A DNA stretch of 57,943 nucleotides from Pedobacter sp. (GTDB lineage: Bacteria > Bacteroidota > Bacteroidia > Sphingobacteriales > Sphingobacteriaceae). The notes under the pieces are model-generated. The model was not told the DNA's origin. It ran no database searches and was given only the letters and a program-made list of their open reading frames with translations. The position numbers and the translations under genes are program-made. Of the stretch, positions 1 to 8,817 are shown one piece after another; position 1 is the stretch's first letter; every line of letters begins with the position of its first letter. Location: NCBI GenBank assembly GCA_031179845.1, contig JAPSHM010000001.1:1-57943 (forward strand), written 5' to 3'.

Positions 1-58
1 AGACGATTGCCAGGAACAATGATGCGATAAGCATGCTGTAAATAAGGGTTCTGTTCAT
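1..58 (-). CDS. 5' end (partial) of a membrane protein, probably the FecCD/HmuU-type permease of the hemin ABC transporter
   Basis: ATG at 58-56 overlaps the TGA of the binding-protein gene (ATGA overlap). It reads MNRTLIYSMLIASLFLAIV, is hydrophobic and is open to the window edge. The product is inferred from gene order. Confidence 0.6.
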   Translation of the reverse strand, partial: MNRTLIYSMLIASLFLAIV

Positions 59-903
59 CTTCCAGCTAGCTTGCTATGGAGTTCTTTTATTGCTTCAGGC
101 AATCGTGTACTGAAATTAGTCAACAAGGAACCGTCCATTTCGACTATGTGCTTATTCCTGCCCGCTGTTGTAAAGCTTACACCTGGCATCTTCAGTAGCG
201 CTTCTTTACCTCCAAGACTGCTCAGACCAGAATCAAACAGGAGGATCACATCTGGATTGGCTTTTACTAGTGCCTCGGTGGTATAGGGCTTAAAGTCATT
301 GAACTCTTGTATGGCGTTTTTACCGCCAGCTAGCTGGATGATCGCGTCCAGACTACTGCCTTTTCCGGCAACACTCATTGTTCCCGTTCCCCGGGCATTG
401 ATGAACAATACCTTAGGGTGCTTAATTGCAGATGATCTCACCTTATTCAGTACTGTGGTTAAGTCTGCGGAGGTTTTTTTTGCCAGTATTTCCCCCTTTT
501 GCTTCAAATCTACTGCGTTGGCAACTTCGCGTATAAATGCCGGCGCACCTGCCTTGTTATAAGCCTGTCGAATAGCTACCGCTTGGATGCCTACAGACTT
601 AAGCTGAACGATCACTTCACGGGAAAGGTCACCGGCAGGGGCAATCACCAGATCTGGCCGGAAAAAAGAAATTCCCTCCGCTGAAACAGCGCGGTTACGA
701 CTCACCCTGGGCAAAGACTTGATTTGTTCTGGCCAAACACTGGTAACGTCCACAGCAACAATATTACGGCTTAGATCAAGAGCGGCTAAAGTCCCGGTAA
801 TTGATCCATTTAATGACACAATCCTTTTCGGTTGTCCCTGTGTATCATATGAAAACAGCATAATCGCTGCGGCAAAAAAAGGAAACAATTTGTTCATTAT
901 CAA
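55..903 (-). CDS. Hemin/iron ABC transporter substrate-binding protein (HmuT/PhuT-like)
   Basis: Signal peptide, RIVSLNGSIT, VAVDVTS, SAEGI..RPDLVI and EALVKANPDVIL match Peripla_BP_2 heme binders. The likely start is ATG at 897. Confidence 0.9.
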   Translation of the reverse strand: MIMNKLFPFFAAAIMLFSYDTQGQPKRIVSLNGSITGTLAALDLSRNIVAVDVTSVWPEQIKSLPRVSRNRAVSAEGISFFRPDLVIAPAGDLSREVIVQLKSVGIQAVAIRQAYNKAGAPAFIREVANAVDLKQKGEILAKKTSADLTTVLNKVRSSAIKHPKVLFINARGTGTMSVAGKGSSLDAIIQLAGGKNAIQEFNDFKPYTTEALVKANPDVILLFDSGLSSLGGKEALLKMPGVSFTTAGRNKHIVEMDGSLLTNFSTRLPEAIKELHSKLAGR

Positions 904-926
904 TTATTAAATGTTCTGCAAAACAA

Positions 927-945
927 AGCTTTAATTGATCTAAAT
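927..945. promoter_or_regulatory. Degenerate Fur-like box upstream of the hemin-binding protein gene
   Basis: AGCTTTAATTGATCTAAAT matches 13/19 to ATTTAGAATTATTCTAAAT, with one good half-site. Confidence 0.4.
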
Positions 946-1098
946 ACAAGCTGTGCATTGGCGAAATTTTTTTGCTGCTTCAAAGAAACGAGCGAAAGGG
1001 ACGGCTCATAATTGCACAAAACGTGGCCTATTTTACATTTAAACACGGATCGGCTCATTTTTTATTTGAATGACACCGAAGGAGATCCCAACAAAAAC

Positions 1099-1161
1099 TA
1101 CGGATTGCACAAAAAATAATTCGGATTAAACAAAAGAAAATACGGATCGCACAAATCACTT
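1099..1161 (+). repeat. Three 21-bp-period direct repeats, candidate activator (AraC-type) sites
   Basis: TACGGATTGCACAAAAAATAA / TTCGGATTAAACAAAAGAAAA / TACGGATCGCACAAATCACTT at 1099, 1120 and 1141. Confidence 0.7.
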
Positions 1162-1191
1162 ATACGCAGGAATGCAGATGTTTGCAGTGTT

Positions 1192-1210
1192 ATTTAGAAT
1201 AATTAAAAAT
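1192..1210. promoter_or_regulatory. Fur-like palindromic box downstream of the weak -7 element (GATGTTTG, 1177-1184) of the TonB receptor promoter
   Basis: ATTTAGAATAATTAAAAAT matches 16/19 to the near-palindrome ATTTAGAATTATTCTAAAT and is flanked by TT...AA. Confidence 0.75.
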
Positions 1211-1241
1211 AAGGAAACATCAATACGTCCCTCAATCTGAA

Positions 1242-3602
1242 ATGAATAGAATCTACATGTTGCTTGTCTTAACTATATGGTACCCTACGTTTGCTCAGGC
1301 ACAGGTGAAGGGTTCTATTAATGGAATTGTAACAGATGAGAATGGGAATTTTCTAGAAGGTGTAACTGTCCGGCTGGAACCCGACCGGCACTTGACGCTG
1401 ACAGATACCAGCGGAAAGTTCAGTTTTAGGCATATTTATACGGGTGATTATACCCTCCACTTCAACAGAGTTGGCTTCAAAAGTCATAGGGTTGGACTGA
1501 CCATTGATGCCGGAAAAACCTCGAGAATGAACATTCATTTGACGGTGGAGCAGCGTGAACTCAATGAGGTGGCAGTCGCAGATAAACGATTCCATCCAGA
1601 CAACCTGATCCAGATGCAACGCAGCGCTATGCCTGTTAGCGTGATCACCAGACGAAGAATTGAACTGATGGGCAGCCGTAGATTAGACGAGGTGTTGAAA
1701 GAGCAGACCGGCATTGCCATCGTGAACAACATATCGGGCGGCTCACGCTCCGTTGGTGTTCAGATGCAAGGATTTGGAAGCGAGTATGTAATGGTGCTGA
1801 TCGATGGTCAGCCCATGGTTGGCCGCAACAACGGTAACTTTGACCTTTCCCGGATCAGCGTAAGCAATATAGATCGAATAGAAATTATAAAGGGCGCCTC
1901 TTCCTGTTTGTTTGGTAGCGAGGCACTTGGTGGGGCCATCAATATTATAACCCGCCATGGTGCCTTGCAGCCACAGGGACTCGCGTCTCTCCAGTACGGA
2001 AGCCTTAACATTATAGACGCGACACTTGAGGGAGAAAGTCCGTTTGCCTCCCAGCGGGGTTCCATTAACCTCTCTGCCAATTACTACCACAGTGACGGCT
2101 TCAATACCGATACCAAATATCTGTCCGGCACAACCGCTCCACCTTACGATAATTATGGGCTGCAAGGCCGAGTTCGATACAGGGTTGGTAAGAATGCTAC
2201 GGTAGGACTTAGCGGTCGTTACGGCCTACGCAGATCGTTTATGAGCAAAGATTTTGGGCTGGGCAATATATCTGCAGACAACCAGGATGAGCAGGACCTA
2301 AACCTTTCGGCAATGTTCGATTATAATTTCTCTTCCGGTCTGCGCACTATGAGTCGATATTACTTTACCGGTTTTAGCGCAGACCAACATGTAGCCTGGC
2401 AACAGTCGGGAACAATAGCAACCAGAGAGGTTTTCAGACAAAATTTACATCGGTTTGAACAGCAATTCGCTTTTGCCCTGCCCGATGGTATTAAGTTAAC
2501 AGGTGGACTGGGTGGAAGCCTTGAAAACATGAACAATATTGCTTTGACCAATCCAGGTACATTGGGTACGGCCTTTGGTTATTTACAGGGCGACTGGCAA
2601 TTGATTAAGAGCCTCGACCTTGTAGGTGGCCTACGTTACGACCATACAGGTAGTTACGGTGGTAAGGTGAACCCAAGCTTCGGACTGCAATACAAGTTGA
2701 CACCTGAACTTACTCTGAAAGCAGGAATTGGCTCAGGGTTTAAAGCACCTGACTTCAAAACCCGGTACCTGGTATTCTATAATCCCACTTCGAACTATAT
2801 GGTAATCGGGAGCGAGGTCTTAAAGCACACATTATCACAGTTGGAGCAGCAAGGACAGATCAGTGAAATTAGGGAATACCAGTTGCGGCAGTTGGATAAA
2901 AATTTACAAGCAGAACGCAGTACCTCAGTTAATGCCGGCTTTGTTTGGCACAGCAAGCAAATTATGAAAATAGAGGGAGGGGTATTCTACCACGATATCA
3001 GAAACCAGATCAACAGTATTCAAATCGCGACCGGCGCCGGCAACCGGAACATATACAGCTATCAAAATTTGCCTAGAGCGGTAAACAAAGGGATCGATGC
3101 TTCCCTGACAGTGAATCTGTTGCAGGACCTGGAGCTAGGTTTTGGCTATCAGTATCTGATCGCTAAAGACCGTAGTGTAGCAGACAGCATTAGGGTTGGC
3201 CATTATCCCTACAATCAAAACATCCACGATGCGGCTACCGGAAAGTCTTATGCTCCCGGAACTTCCGACTACTGGGGTCTTGAAAACCGTTCGCAGCACA
3301 TGGGCAATCTAAGCGCATTTTATGTTTACCGCCCCTGGAACCTAAGCATTAACGCCCGGGTAAATTACCGTGGAAAATATCCATTCGCCGACCGGAATGG
3401 AAACCAGTTTATAGATAGATACGACACGTTTGTAAACGGCCATTTTCTAGTTAATGCAGCGCTTGAGAAGAAGTTGCTGAAAGAACATTTCAGTATCAGG
3501 CTGAACGCAGATAACCTATTGGATTACACGGACAGGTTAATGCCCGGACAAATGGGCCGGGTCATCCTGACCGGACTGACTTACAGATTTTACCAAAACT
3601 AG
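1242..3602 (+). CDS. TonB-dependent receptor, HmuR-like (heme uptake)
   Basis: Signal peptide, CarboxypepD_reg-like N-domain, plug motif IDRIEIIKGASSCLFGSEALGGAINIIT, FKAP motif and a C-terminal barrel strand. It is followed by hmuY genes. Confidence 0.9.
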   Translation: MNRIYMLLVLTIWYPTFAQAQVKGSINGIVTDENGNFLEGVTVRLEPDRHLTLTDTSGKFSFRHIYTGDYTLHFNRVGFKSHRVGLTIDAGKTSRMNIHLTVEQRELNEVAVADKRFHPDNLIQMQRSAMPVSVITRRRIELMGSRRLDEVLKEQTGIAIVNNISGGSRSVGVQMQGFGSEYVMVLIDGQPMVGRNNGNFDLSRISVSNIDRIEIIKGASSCLFGSEALGGAINIITRHGALQPQGLASLQYGSLNIIDATLEGESPFASQRGSINLSANYYHSDGFNTDTKYLSGTTAPPYDNYGLQGRVRYRVGKNATVGLSGRYGLRRSFMSKDFGLGNISADNQDEQDLNLSAMFDYNFSSGLRTMSRYYFTGFSADQHVAWQQSGTIATREVFRQNLHRFEQQFAFALPDGIKLTGGLGGSLENMNNIALTNPGTLGTAFGYLQGDWQLIKSLDLVGGLRYDHTGSYGGKVNPSFGLQYKLTPELTLKAGIGSGFKAPDFKTRYLVFYNPTSNYMVIGSEVLKHTLSQLEQQGQISEIREYQLRQLDKNLQAERSTSVNAGFVWHSKQIMKIEGGVFYHDIRNQINSIQIATGAGNRNIYSYQNLPRAVNKGIDASLTVNLLQDLELGFGYQYLIAKDRSVADSIRVGHYPYNQNIHDAATGKSYAPGTSDYWGLENRSQHMGNLSAFYVYRPWNLSINARVNYRGKYPFADRNGNQFIDRYDTFVNGHFLVNAALEKKLLKEHFSIRLNADNLLDYTDRLMPGQMGRVILTGLTYRFYQN

Positions 3603-3607
3603 AAAAT

Positions 3608-4342
3608 ATGACCTATCAAGAAAATATGCGCAAAATTAAGAGATACGACCGTTGGCTTTGGATAATGCTCTTCCTCCCTGCACTCGTTACTTCCTGTAAA
3701 AAGGAGGAGATCGACCCAAACATAAGATTACAGGACGGAAAGAGCATTGTGGTTGCAGATCTTGCAGGGGACACTCAGGCATCAATGGGTGGTAGCGTCC
3801 CTGGCAAAGAGAACCGGCCATTTAATACTTTCCTTTTCCGGTTTAAGGATCAGAAACAGATCTGGATAAGAACCAAGGCAGATTCAGTACAATGGTTAAA
3901 AACAAAAGATTGGGATCTTGCTTTCACCGGCCCCTACAATAGCGAGGTATATGTGAACAACAAGAATTTAGAACAAAATCCAGGACAAGGTGGTCTTGCA
4001 GAAAGTAAAGCTTTGGCGCTTGGGAAAGATTACAACTCAGTGAGCGAGGCGCCGGATGACAAGCAATTTGACCTCAGCACTCTGAATAGGATAGGGTGGG
4101 CAGGAACAGGGGATTCTCCCGGTTGGTATACCTACAGTCTGACCACACACCTTATGCAAGCCATTCCGAATAGGACATATGTCATCAGGCTGGCAGACGG
4201 AAAATATGCTAAGCTTCAATTAATTAGCGTATACAAAGGAAATCCCCCATCGGTTACTGACTTAAACTGGCCTGCGCCATATTTCACCTTTCGATATTAC
4301 GTGCAGCAGGATGGCAGCAAAAATCTGTCAACAAAAAACTAA
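3608..4342 (+). CDS. hmuY: HmuY family lipoprotein (paralog 1)
   Basis: Lipobox LVTSC-KKEE, WDLAF, GWYTYSLTTHLM, YVIRLADGKYAKLQLISVYKG and YFTFRY. Confidence 0.9.
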   Translation: MTYQENMRKIKRYDRWLWIMLFLPALVTSCKKEEIDPNIRLQDGKSIVVADLAGDTQASMGGSVPGKENRPFNTFLFRFKDQKQIWIRTKADSVQWLKTKDWDLAFTGPYNSEVYVNNKNLEQNPGQGGLAESKALALGKDYNSVSEAPDDKQFDLSTLNRIGWAGTGDSPGWYTYSLTTHLMQAIPNRTYVIRLADGKYAKLQLISVYKGNPPSVTDLNWPAPYFTFRYYVQQDGSKNLSTKN

Positions 4343-4359
4343 AATTAAATCTATTTAAA

Positions 4360-5112
4360 ATGAAGATAACAACTACAAGCGCAAGTACATTCGTTGAAAA
4401 AATCGGACTGTTGATCCTATTAAGTACCTGCCTGTGCGCATGTTCAAAAGATGAATCCCTCATTTCGGAGCAGGAACAACCAAAGCCGGCTGAGAATGGC
4501 AACTACTATAAACTTCAAAGAGTTGACAACTTTGTTGTTCATAGTGATGATGACAATCCGTTGGCCGTTCCGCCTACAGTCTACTACAACCTGGAAACAC
4601 AGAAGATTGTCTCTAAGGAACTTTTGAAAACGAACCAATGGGATCTCGCTTTTGGTGGTTTATACAATAGTTTTTTAAGTGGAAATAATGGCAATAACCC
4701 GTTGAATCATGGTAGCGGAAATAACGCGACAGGAGGAATTTTAATCGTTAAAAAACCTTTTGATCAAATCGTAGATGTCCCTGAAGATGCCGCGTTCAAT
4801 ACGGCAGCAGACCTTGTTGGGACGGATAGTTCGGGCGACTTTGGCCAGGGTACGGGTTGGTACCTGTATGATTTTTATGGAACTATCCGAAGTGACGGCC
4901 GCTGGGAAAAACAGCATGTTGCTTATGCTTTGCCCGAATCCCGAACGGTTGTCCTGCGTATGGCAAAAGGAGATTATGCCAAGATTAAAATGATCAGCTG
5001 CTATAAGGACATTTTTTTGCCGGAATTGATGATGCGTACCAGCCCTAAGATGTATTACACTTTTGAATATGTAGTGGTCCCGAAGGGCAGCACCAAATTT
5101 GAAATAAAATAA
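4360..5112 (+). CDS. hmuY: HmuY family lipoprotein (paralog 2)
   Basis: Lipobox LCAC-SKDE, WDLAF, GWYLYDF, VLRMAKGDYAKIKMISCYKD and YYTFEY. Confidence 0.85.
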   Translation: MKITTTSASTFVEKIGLLILLSTCLCACSKDESLISEQEQPKPAENGNYYKLQRVDNFVVHSDDDNPLAVPPTVYYNLETQKIVSKELLKTNQWDLAFGGLYNSFLSGNNGNNPLNHGSGNNATGGILIVKKPFDQIVDVPEDAAFNTAADLVGTDSSGDFGQGTGWYLYDFYGTIRSDGRWEKQHVAYALPESRTVVLRMAKGDYAKIKMISCYKDIFLPELMMRTSPKMYYTFEYVVVPKGSTKFEIK

Positions 5113-5136
5113 CTTTTCTATATAACAGCACAGAAC

Positions 5137-5859
5137 ATGACTAAAAATCACATGAAGGCCTTTTGCGTAATGCTAATGGCGATCGTATTGGGAGGTGCCT
5201 CCTGCAAAAAAATTGAAGAAATCCATCCGGAGGGGTTACCCGATAATAGAATTCTCGAATACCTGATCACCAATGTAAGCGGGGATCCGATAAAAGGTGT
5301 TATCAACCATAACGAAAAATCAATAAAAGTCTACCTTCCATACTATTTAGGCCTGACTGCCATTGAAACAAAAGTCAAAGTGTCTGAGGGTGCTCAAATC
5401 ACTTCATTAAACGATGAGATCATCACTGATGTTGTCGGATTAGTTAAGGGCAGAAATGAAGTAGCCTATACTGTTCGTGGTAAAGAAAATACGGAAGCAA
5501 CGTATAAACTTACAATTGAAGTTCAGCAACCGGATTTTGAGATGCTCGAATTATCAGCGTCCGCAGAAAGCCTAAAATCATATACAATAATGTTTGAAGG
5601 AATGCCCTTGCTTCAAATCTACTGGAAGAATCGCAAGCCTCCAATTAGCAATTACGATGTTACAAAAATAGTACTAATTGATCAGAAGGGGGCTGAGTTC
5701 ATCTTTGCCGATAAAAATGTCGCTTTCAGCACTAATAGGATCACAGTATCAACACCAGCTAATTACACCGAACTGAGCACGGGCACCTATAAAGTGCGCA
5801 TCGACTCCTATTCGAAAAGCTACGAGCTTAAATATCCAATTCAGATTACGCTACCTTAA
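5137..5859 (+). CDS. Surface lipoprotein with Ig-like (DUF5018-like) domain
   Basis: Lipobox GASC-KKIEE. The pattern NRILEYLI..IKGVIN..SIKVYLP..VSEGAQI..YTV..TYKLTI resembles the Bacteroidota DUF5018-type Ig fold. Confidence 0.6.
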   Translation: MTKNHMKAFCVMLMAIVLGGASCKKIEEIHPEGLPDNRILEYLITNVSGDPIKGVINHNEKSIKVYLPYYLGLTAIETKVKVSEGAQITSLNDEIITDVVGLVKGRNEVAYTVRGKENTEATYKLTIEVQQPDFEMLELSASAESLKSYTIMFEGMPLLQIYWKNRKPPISNYDVTKIVLIDQKGAEFIFADKNVAFSTNRITVSTPANYTELSTGTYKVRIDSYSKSYELKYPIQITLP

Positions 5860-5908
5860 AATAGATAACCTTATTAACGTAAACCATCCCACCTAAATTT
5901 TAAAAAAA

Positions 5909-6562
5909 ATGAAAAAATCACGTTTATTTTCCCAATTAGCGGGAATCACACTAATCGCTCTGGTTGCAGTATCATGTAAAAAAGAAGCTGTTGAACCAGG
6001 TTTGGATTTGGACAATCGACAGGCTTCTATCGCCGCTCCATCGCCCGTTATTGCAAACCTAACCTACCATGTTGTAAACCTGAAATTGGGGACGTTTGTC
6101 GTACCCCCAGCCACGCCGCAAACCAGTTATTTCAACCTGGAAACTTTTGGTAACAGTTCCAACGAGGTTGCGCCAACAACTGCCCCGGCAACTGTCGCTG
6201 CAATTTCGTTCTCAGGGAACTCCAATTCTTTTATCAAGCCAATCAATGGGTATAAACTAGGTTATGTGGATGCTACATTCGGTTCGGTCACCGGTTCGTC
6301 GAATGTCACCTGGATAAGCACAGTAACCCACCCAACTGGTTTTGGATACGAAACAAGTACCAGCTCAGGATGGTATAGTTATACAGGTAGTCCTGCAAGA
6401 GTTGCCACACCAATAGAGGATCGGACAATTATGATCAGTAATGCGGACGAGACAGTGATGTATAAAATCAAAATCACCAGTATCTATAAGGACAATGATT
6501 TTTCAAATCCTTACGATACGACAAAGATTCCCTATTTAACCTTTGATTACGAAAAACTTTAA
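5909..6562 (+). CDS. Divergent HmuY-like lipoprotein (paralog 3)
   Basis: Lipobox AVSC-KKEA. The C-terminal GWYSY..PIEDRTIMI..YKIKITSIYKD..PYLTFDY aligns by eye with paralogs 1 and 2, but WDLAF is absent. Confidence 0.65.
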   Translation: MKKSRLFSQLAGITLIALVAVSCKKEAVEPGLDLDNRQASIAAPSPVIANLTYHVVNLKLGTFVVPPATPQTSYFNLETFGNSSNEVAPTTAPATVAAISFSGNSNSFIKPINGYKLGYVDATFGSVTGSSNVTWISTVTHPTGFGYETSTSSGWYSYTGSPARVATPIEDRTIMISNADETVMYKIKITSIYKDNDFSNPYDTTKIPYLTFDYEKL

Positions 6563-6625
6563 AAAAATAGCCCTGCAAAAAATAACAGGGCCAATTTAAA
6601 CATGTGGGTGTTTATGCTAATAAAC

Positions 6626-6660
6626 AAATCCCGGGCAGTGTTCGAAGCATCCCGGGGTTT
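6626..6660. other. Intergenic GC-rich hairpin, U-rich tail on the minus strand
   Basis: AAATCCCGGG-CAGTGTTCGAAGCAT-CCCGGGGTTT. The minus strand continues ATTTGTTTATT after the CCCGGG arm. Confidence 0.6.
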
Positions 6661-6726
6661 GTGATACCAATGGTAAATGTAAAAAGAACAAATTGATTGT
6701 TTGTGATCAAGATTAAAAAATAATAA

Positions 6727-7722
6727 ATGAACATAGAAACTAAACATATACTTAAACTTGCTATTTTCATGCTCATAGGTATGGCCTTTAGCATAGGCGG
6801 CTGTAAAAAGGAATTCGTCAACCTTCCTTCAACTCATGCGGAGATCGAATCTTTTAGTATTCCGCTGACAAACGATACCGAAAGCAAAGTGGCAATTGAT
6901 CAAGAAAACCTTACCCTGTACTGGTCGGAAGAGTATTGGGGGACATTGCCGGATTCCATTGCCCCGATAATTATTGTTTCCGCTAATTCTACCATCACAC
7001 CAGGATCAGGTATTAAAGTTGCTTTAACGGATGGGATGACTTACTCAGTAACCGCAGCGGATGGAACAACTGTCACGTATACGTTGAAGTTGGTCAACAA
7101 CCAGGCGAATCCAGTATTTACGAAAGAAGTTGAACAAACCTTATATCGCGGCTTTTCAACTGCTGGAATCAATTTAAACAGCGCTCTGGACAACATACTT
7201 TGGGATGTAAGTAAGACAAGACTTTATCTGATTGATCCAACCGGAGTTGAATTCAGGATGCCCATTACCTTCATAAATACAACTTCAGTTAGTTCGTCTG
7301 CTGTACCCTATTCAGGGGCACTGCAATCCGACACCCAATATAAGGTGAAAATCGTTTCCGGCTATCGTTCGATTGAGAGCAGTAAGGCCATATTTACCAC
7401 CAAATCAGAAAGTAACGTTGAACAAGTACCTCAACTTTTTAACCTTGAAATGCCTGTCTCGATCAAAAGAGGAGAGACGATGGTATTGAAAGGGAGAAAT
7501 CTAGATGTGCACCTCTTTAACTTTATCCGGTTAGATTTTTCGGTGCAAAACCTGGAGATCATCAGTATTTCGAGCAATGAAATCACAGTAAAGGTTCCAA
7601 ACGACTATCCAATGGGATCTTCAGCTTCGATCTTGTTTTCTATTTCTGTTACAGGGCAAAGTGGTAAGATATATAGGAACCAAATTAGCACCGCCGGTAC
7701 GGAGATCACTGTAAAAGAATAG
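6727..7722 (+). CDS. Surface lipoprotein with DUF5018-like and IPT/TIG-like domains
   Basis: Lipobox IGGC-KKEF, SANSTITPGSG..YSVTAADGTTVTYTL, and C-terminal GETMVLKGRNL..ISSNEITVKVP (IPT/TIG-like). Confidence 0.6.
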   Translation: MNIETKHILKLAIFMLIGMAFSIGGCKKEFVNLPSTHAEIESFSIPLTNDTESKVAIDQENLTLYWSEEYWGTLPDSIAPIIIVSANSTITPGSGIKVALTDGMTYSVTAADGTTVTYTLKLVNNQANPVFTKEVEQTLYRGFSTAGINLNSALDNILWDVSKTRLYLIDPTGVEFRMPITFINTTSVSSSAVPYSGALQSDTQYKVKIVSGYRSIESSKAIFTTKSESNVEQVPQLFNLEMPVSIKRGETMVLKGRNLDVHLFNFIRLDFSVQNLEIISISSNEITVKVPNDYPMGSSASILFSISVTGQSGKIYRNQISTAGTEITVKE

Positions 7723-7809
7723 ATTTTTAATACCGAAGATCATTGCTATCCGTTAAAGGAATATAAATAGGCCGATTAAACAATATAAACAATTATAAAA
7801 ACAAAGCAT

Positions 7810-8370
7810 ATGCTCAGTACAAAAATTAAAGAAGCCACCAAAAAGGCGCATCAGGAACTTGAGGCGAAAGTAGTAAGGAAGTTGAAGGCTATTCGCAGCG
7901 ATCAGGATTATGCAGACCTTTTAAAGTATTTTTACGCATATTTCAGTGCGCTTGAAAAAGAGATGCTACCATTTATAACAGCAGATGTTTTGCCGGACTA
8001 TGCGTCCAGGCGCAACTCCGGTTTTCTAAAAAGGGATATCGAAGAACTTGGAGGTGATATCAATAATTTGCCGCCGGTAACCGTACCGGAGATCAGCAAT
8101 GAGATTGCAGCTTTAGGTGCTTTGTACGTAATGGAAGGATCAATAATGGGTGGGCCGCATATTGTACAAATGCTACAAAAGGGCGGCATCAACAAAGGCA
8201 TATCTTTTTTTTCTGGCTACGGAGAGACTACGGGAAAAATGTGGGGTACCTTTACGGAAGTTTTGAACAGGTCTGCTGAAAGTGAAGAAGAAGAGCTAGT
8301 TGCCATTACTGCAGCCAACGAAACGTTTTCTAACTTTTCAGAAGTCTTCGGCGCTTATAAAATGGTTTGA
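7810..8370 (+). CDS. Heme oxygenase (biliverdin-producing, HemO/PigA/BphO-like)
   Basis: N-terminal KEATKKAHQELE (proximal His), LGALYVMEGSIMGG, FFSGYG..TGKMW..F and AANETF. Confidence 0.92.
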   Translation: MLSTKIKEATKKAHQELEAKVVRKLKAIRSDQDYADLLKYFYAYFSALEKEMLPFITADVLPDYASRRNSGFLKRDIEELGGDINNLPPVTVPEISNEIAALGALYVMEGSIMGGPHIVQMLQKGGINKGISFFSGYGETTGKMWGTFTEVLNRSAESEEEELVAITAANETFSNFSEVFGAYKMV

Positions 8371-8460
8371 TGATGCACTTATGGATGCTTGCCAAAAGAC
8401 ATTGGTGTAGCGTTGCTGAATTTAATCAGGTTTTTTTTCGCAAACCAGAGGTGGAGAACC

Positions 8461-8508
8461 TTCAAAGCGCTTTGGAAATTAAGTTTTCAATTTCCAGAGC
8501 GCTTTGAA
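8461..8508. repeat. 20-bp inverted repeat with 8-nt loop downstream of the heme oxygenase
   Basis: TTCAAAGCGCTTTGGAAATT-AAGTTTTC-AATTTCCAGAGCGCTTTGAA with one G-U pair. There is no U-tract on either strand. Confidence 0.8.
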
Positions 8509-8753
8509 AAATTTGGCTGCTTTCGTTTGAGCCTAGACTGATTTTTGTAGTATTACATCTGATAACTGCAATATGGACAACGTTTTGCAACAATGAGGGT
8601 GATTCTGCTTATGTCTCCGGCCACTTTGATAAGCCGCGGGACATTATCGTCCAGTTGATTTGAAATGCTGTTTTTATACCGTATCTTGCTTCATACATGG
8701 TGGTTACCTCATAACATCACGCGCAATTCGTGATCACTCACCTGAGGCATTTT

Positions 8754-8772
8754 ATTTAAAACTATTCTAAAT
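8754..8772. promoter_or_regulatory. Fur-like palindromic box upstream of the hemA promoter
   Basis: ATTTAAAACTATTCTAAAT matches 17/19 to the same consensus and has the same TT...AA flanks as the box at 1192. Confidence 0.75.
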
Positions 8773-8817
8773 AACGCTTAATTACAGCATAATGACAGTG
8801 GAACAGCCTTGTCTTGT

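Noticed and set aside
1099-1161. CRISPR-like array
   Set aside because: The 21-bp period has no spacers and there are no cas genes; it fits operator repeats. No CRISPR array was seen in the window.
6612-6821. Minus-strand 62-69 aa hydrophobic ORFs in the heme operon spacer as a type I toxin
   Set aside because: They overlap the signal-peptide region of the 6727 gene, and their hydrophobicity is explained by the AT-rich antisense sequence.
8555-8660. SAM-I or cobalamin riboswitch upstream of hemA (minus strand CTTATCAAAG..GGCCGGAGA resembles a SAM-I start)
   Set aside because: It lacks the GCAACC/GGTGC core and B12-box motifs, is on the wrong strand for hemA and lies upstream of its promoter.
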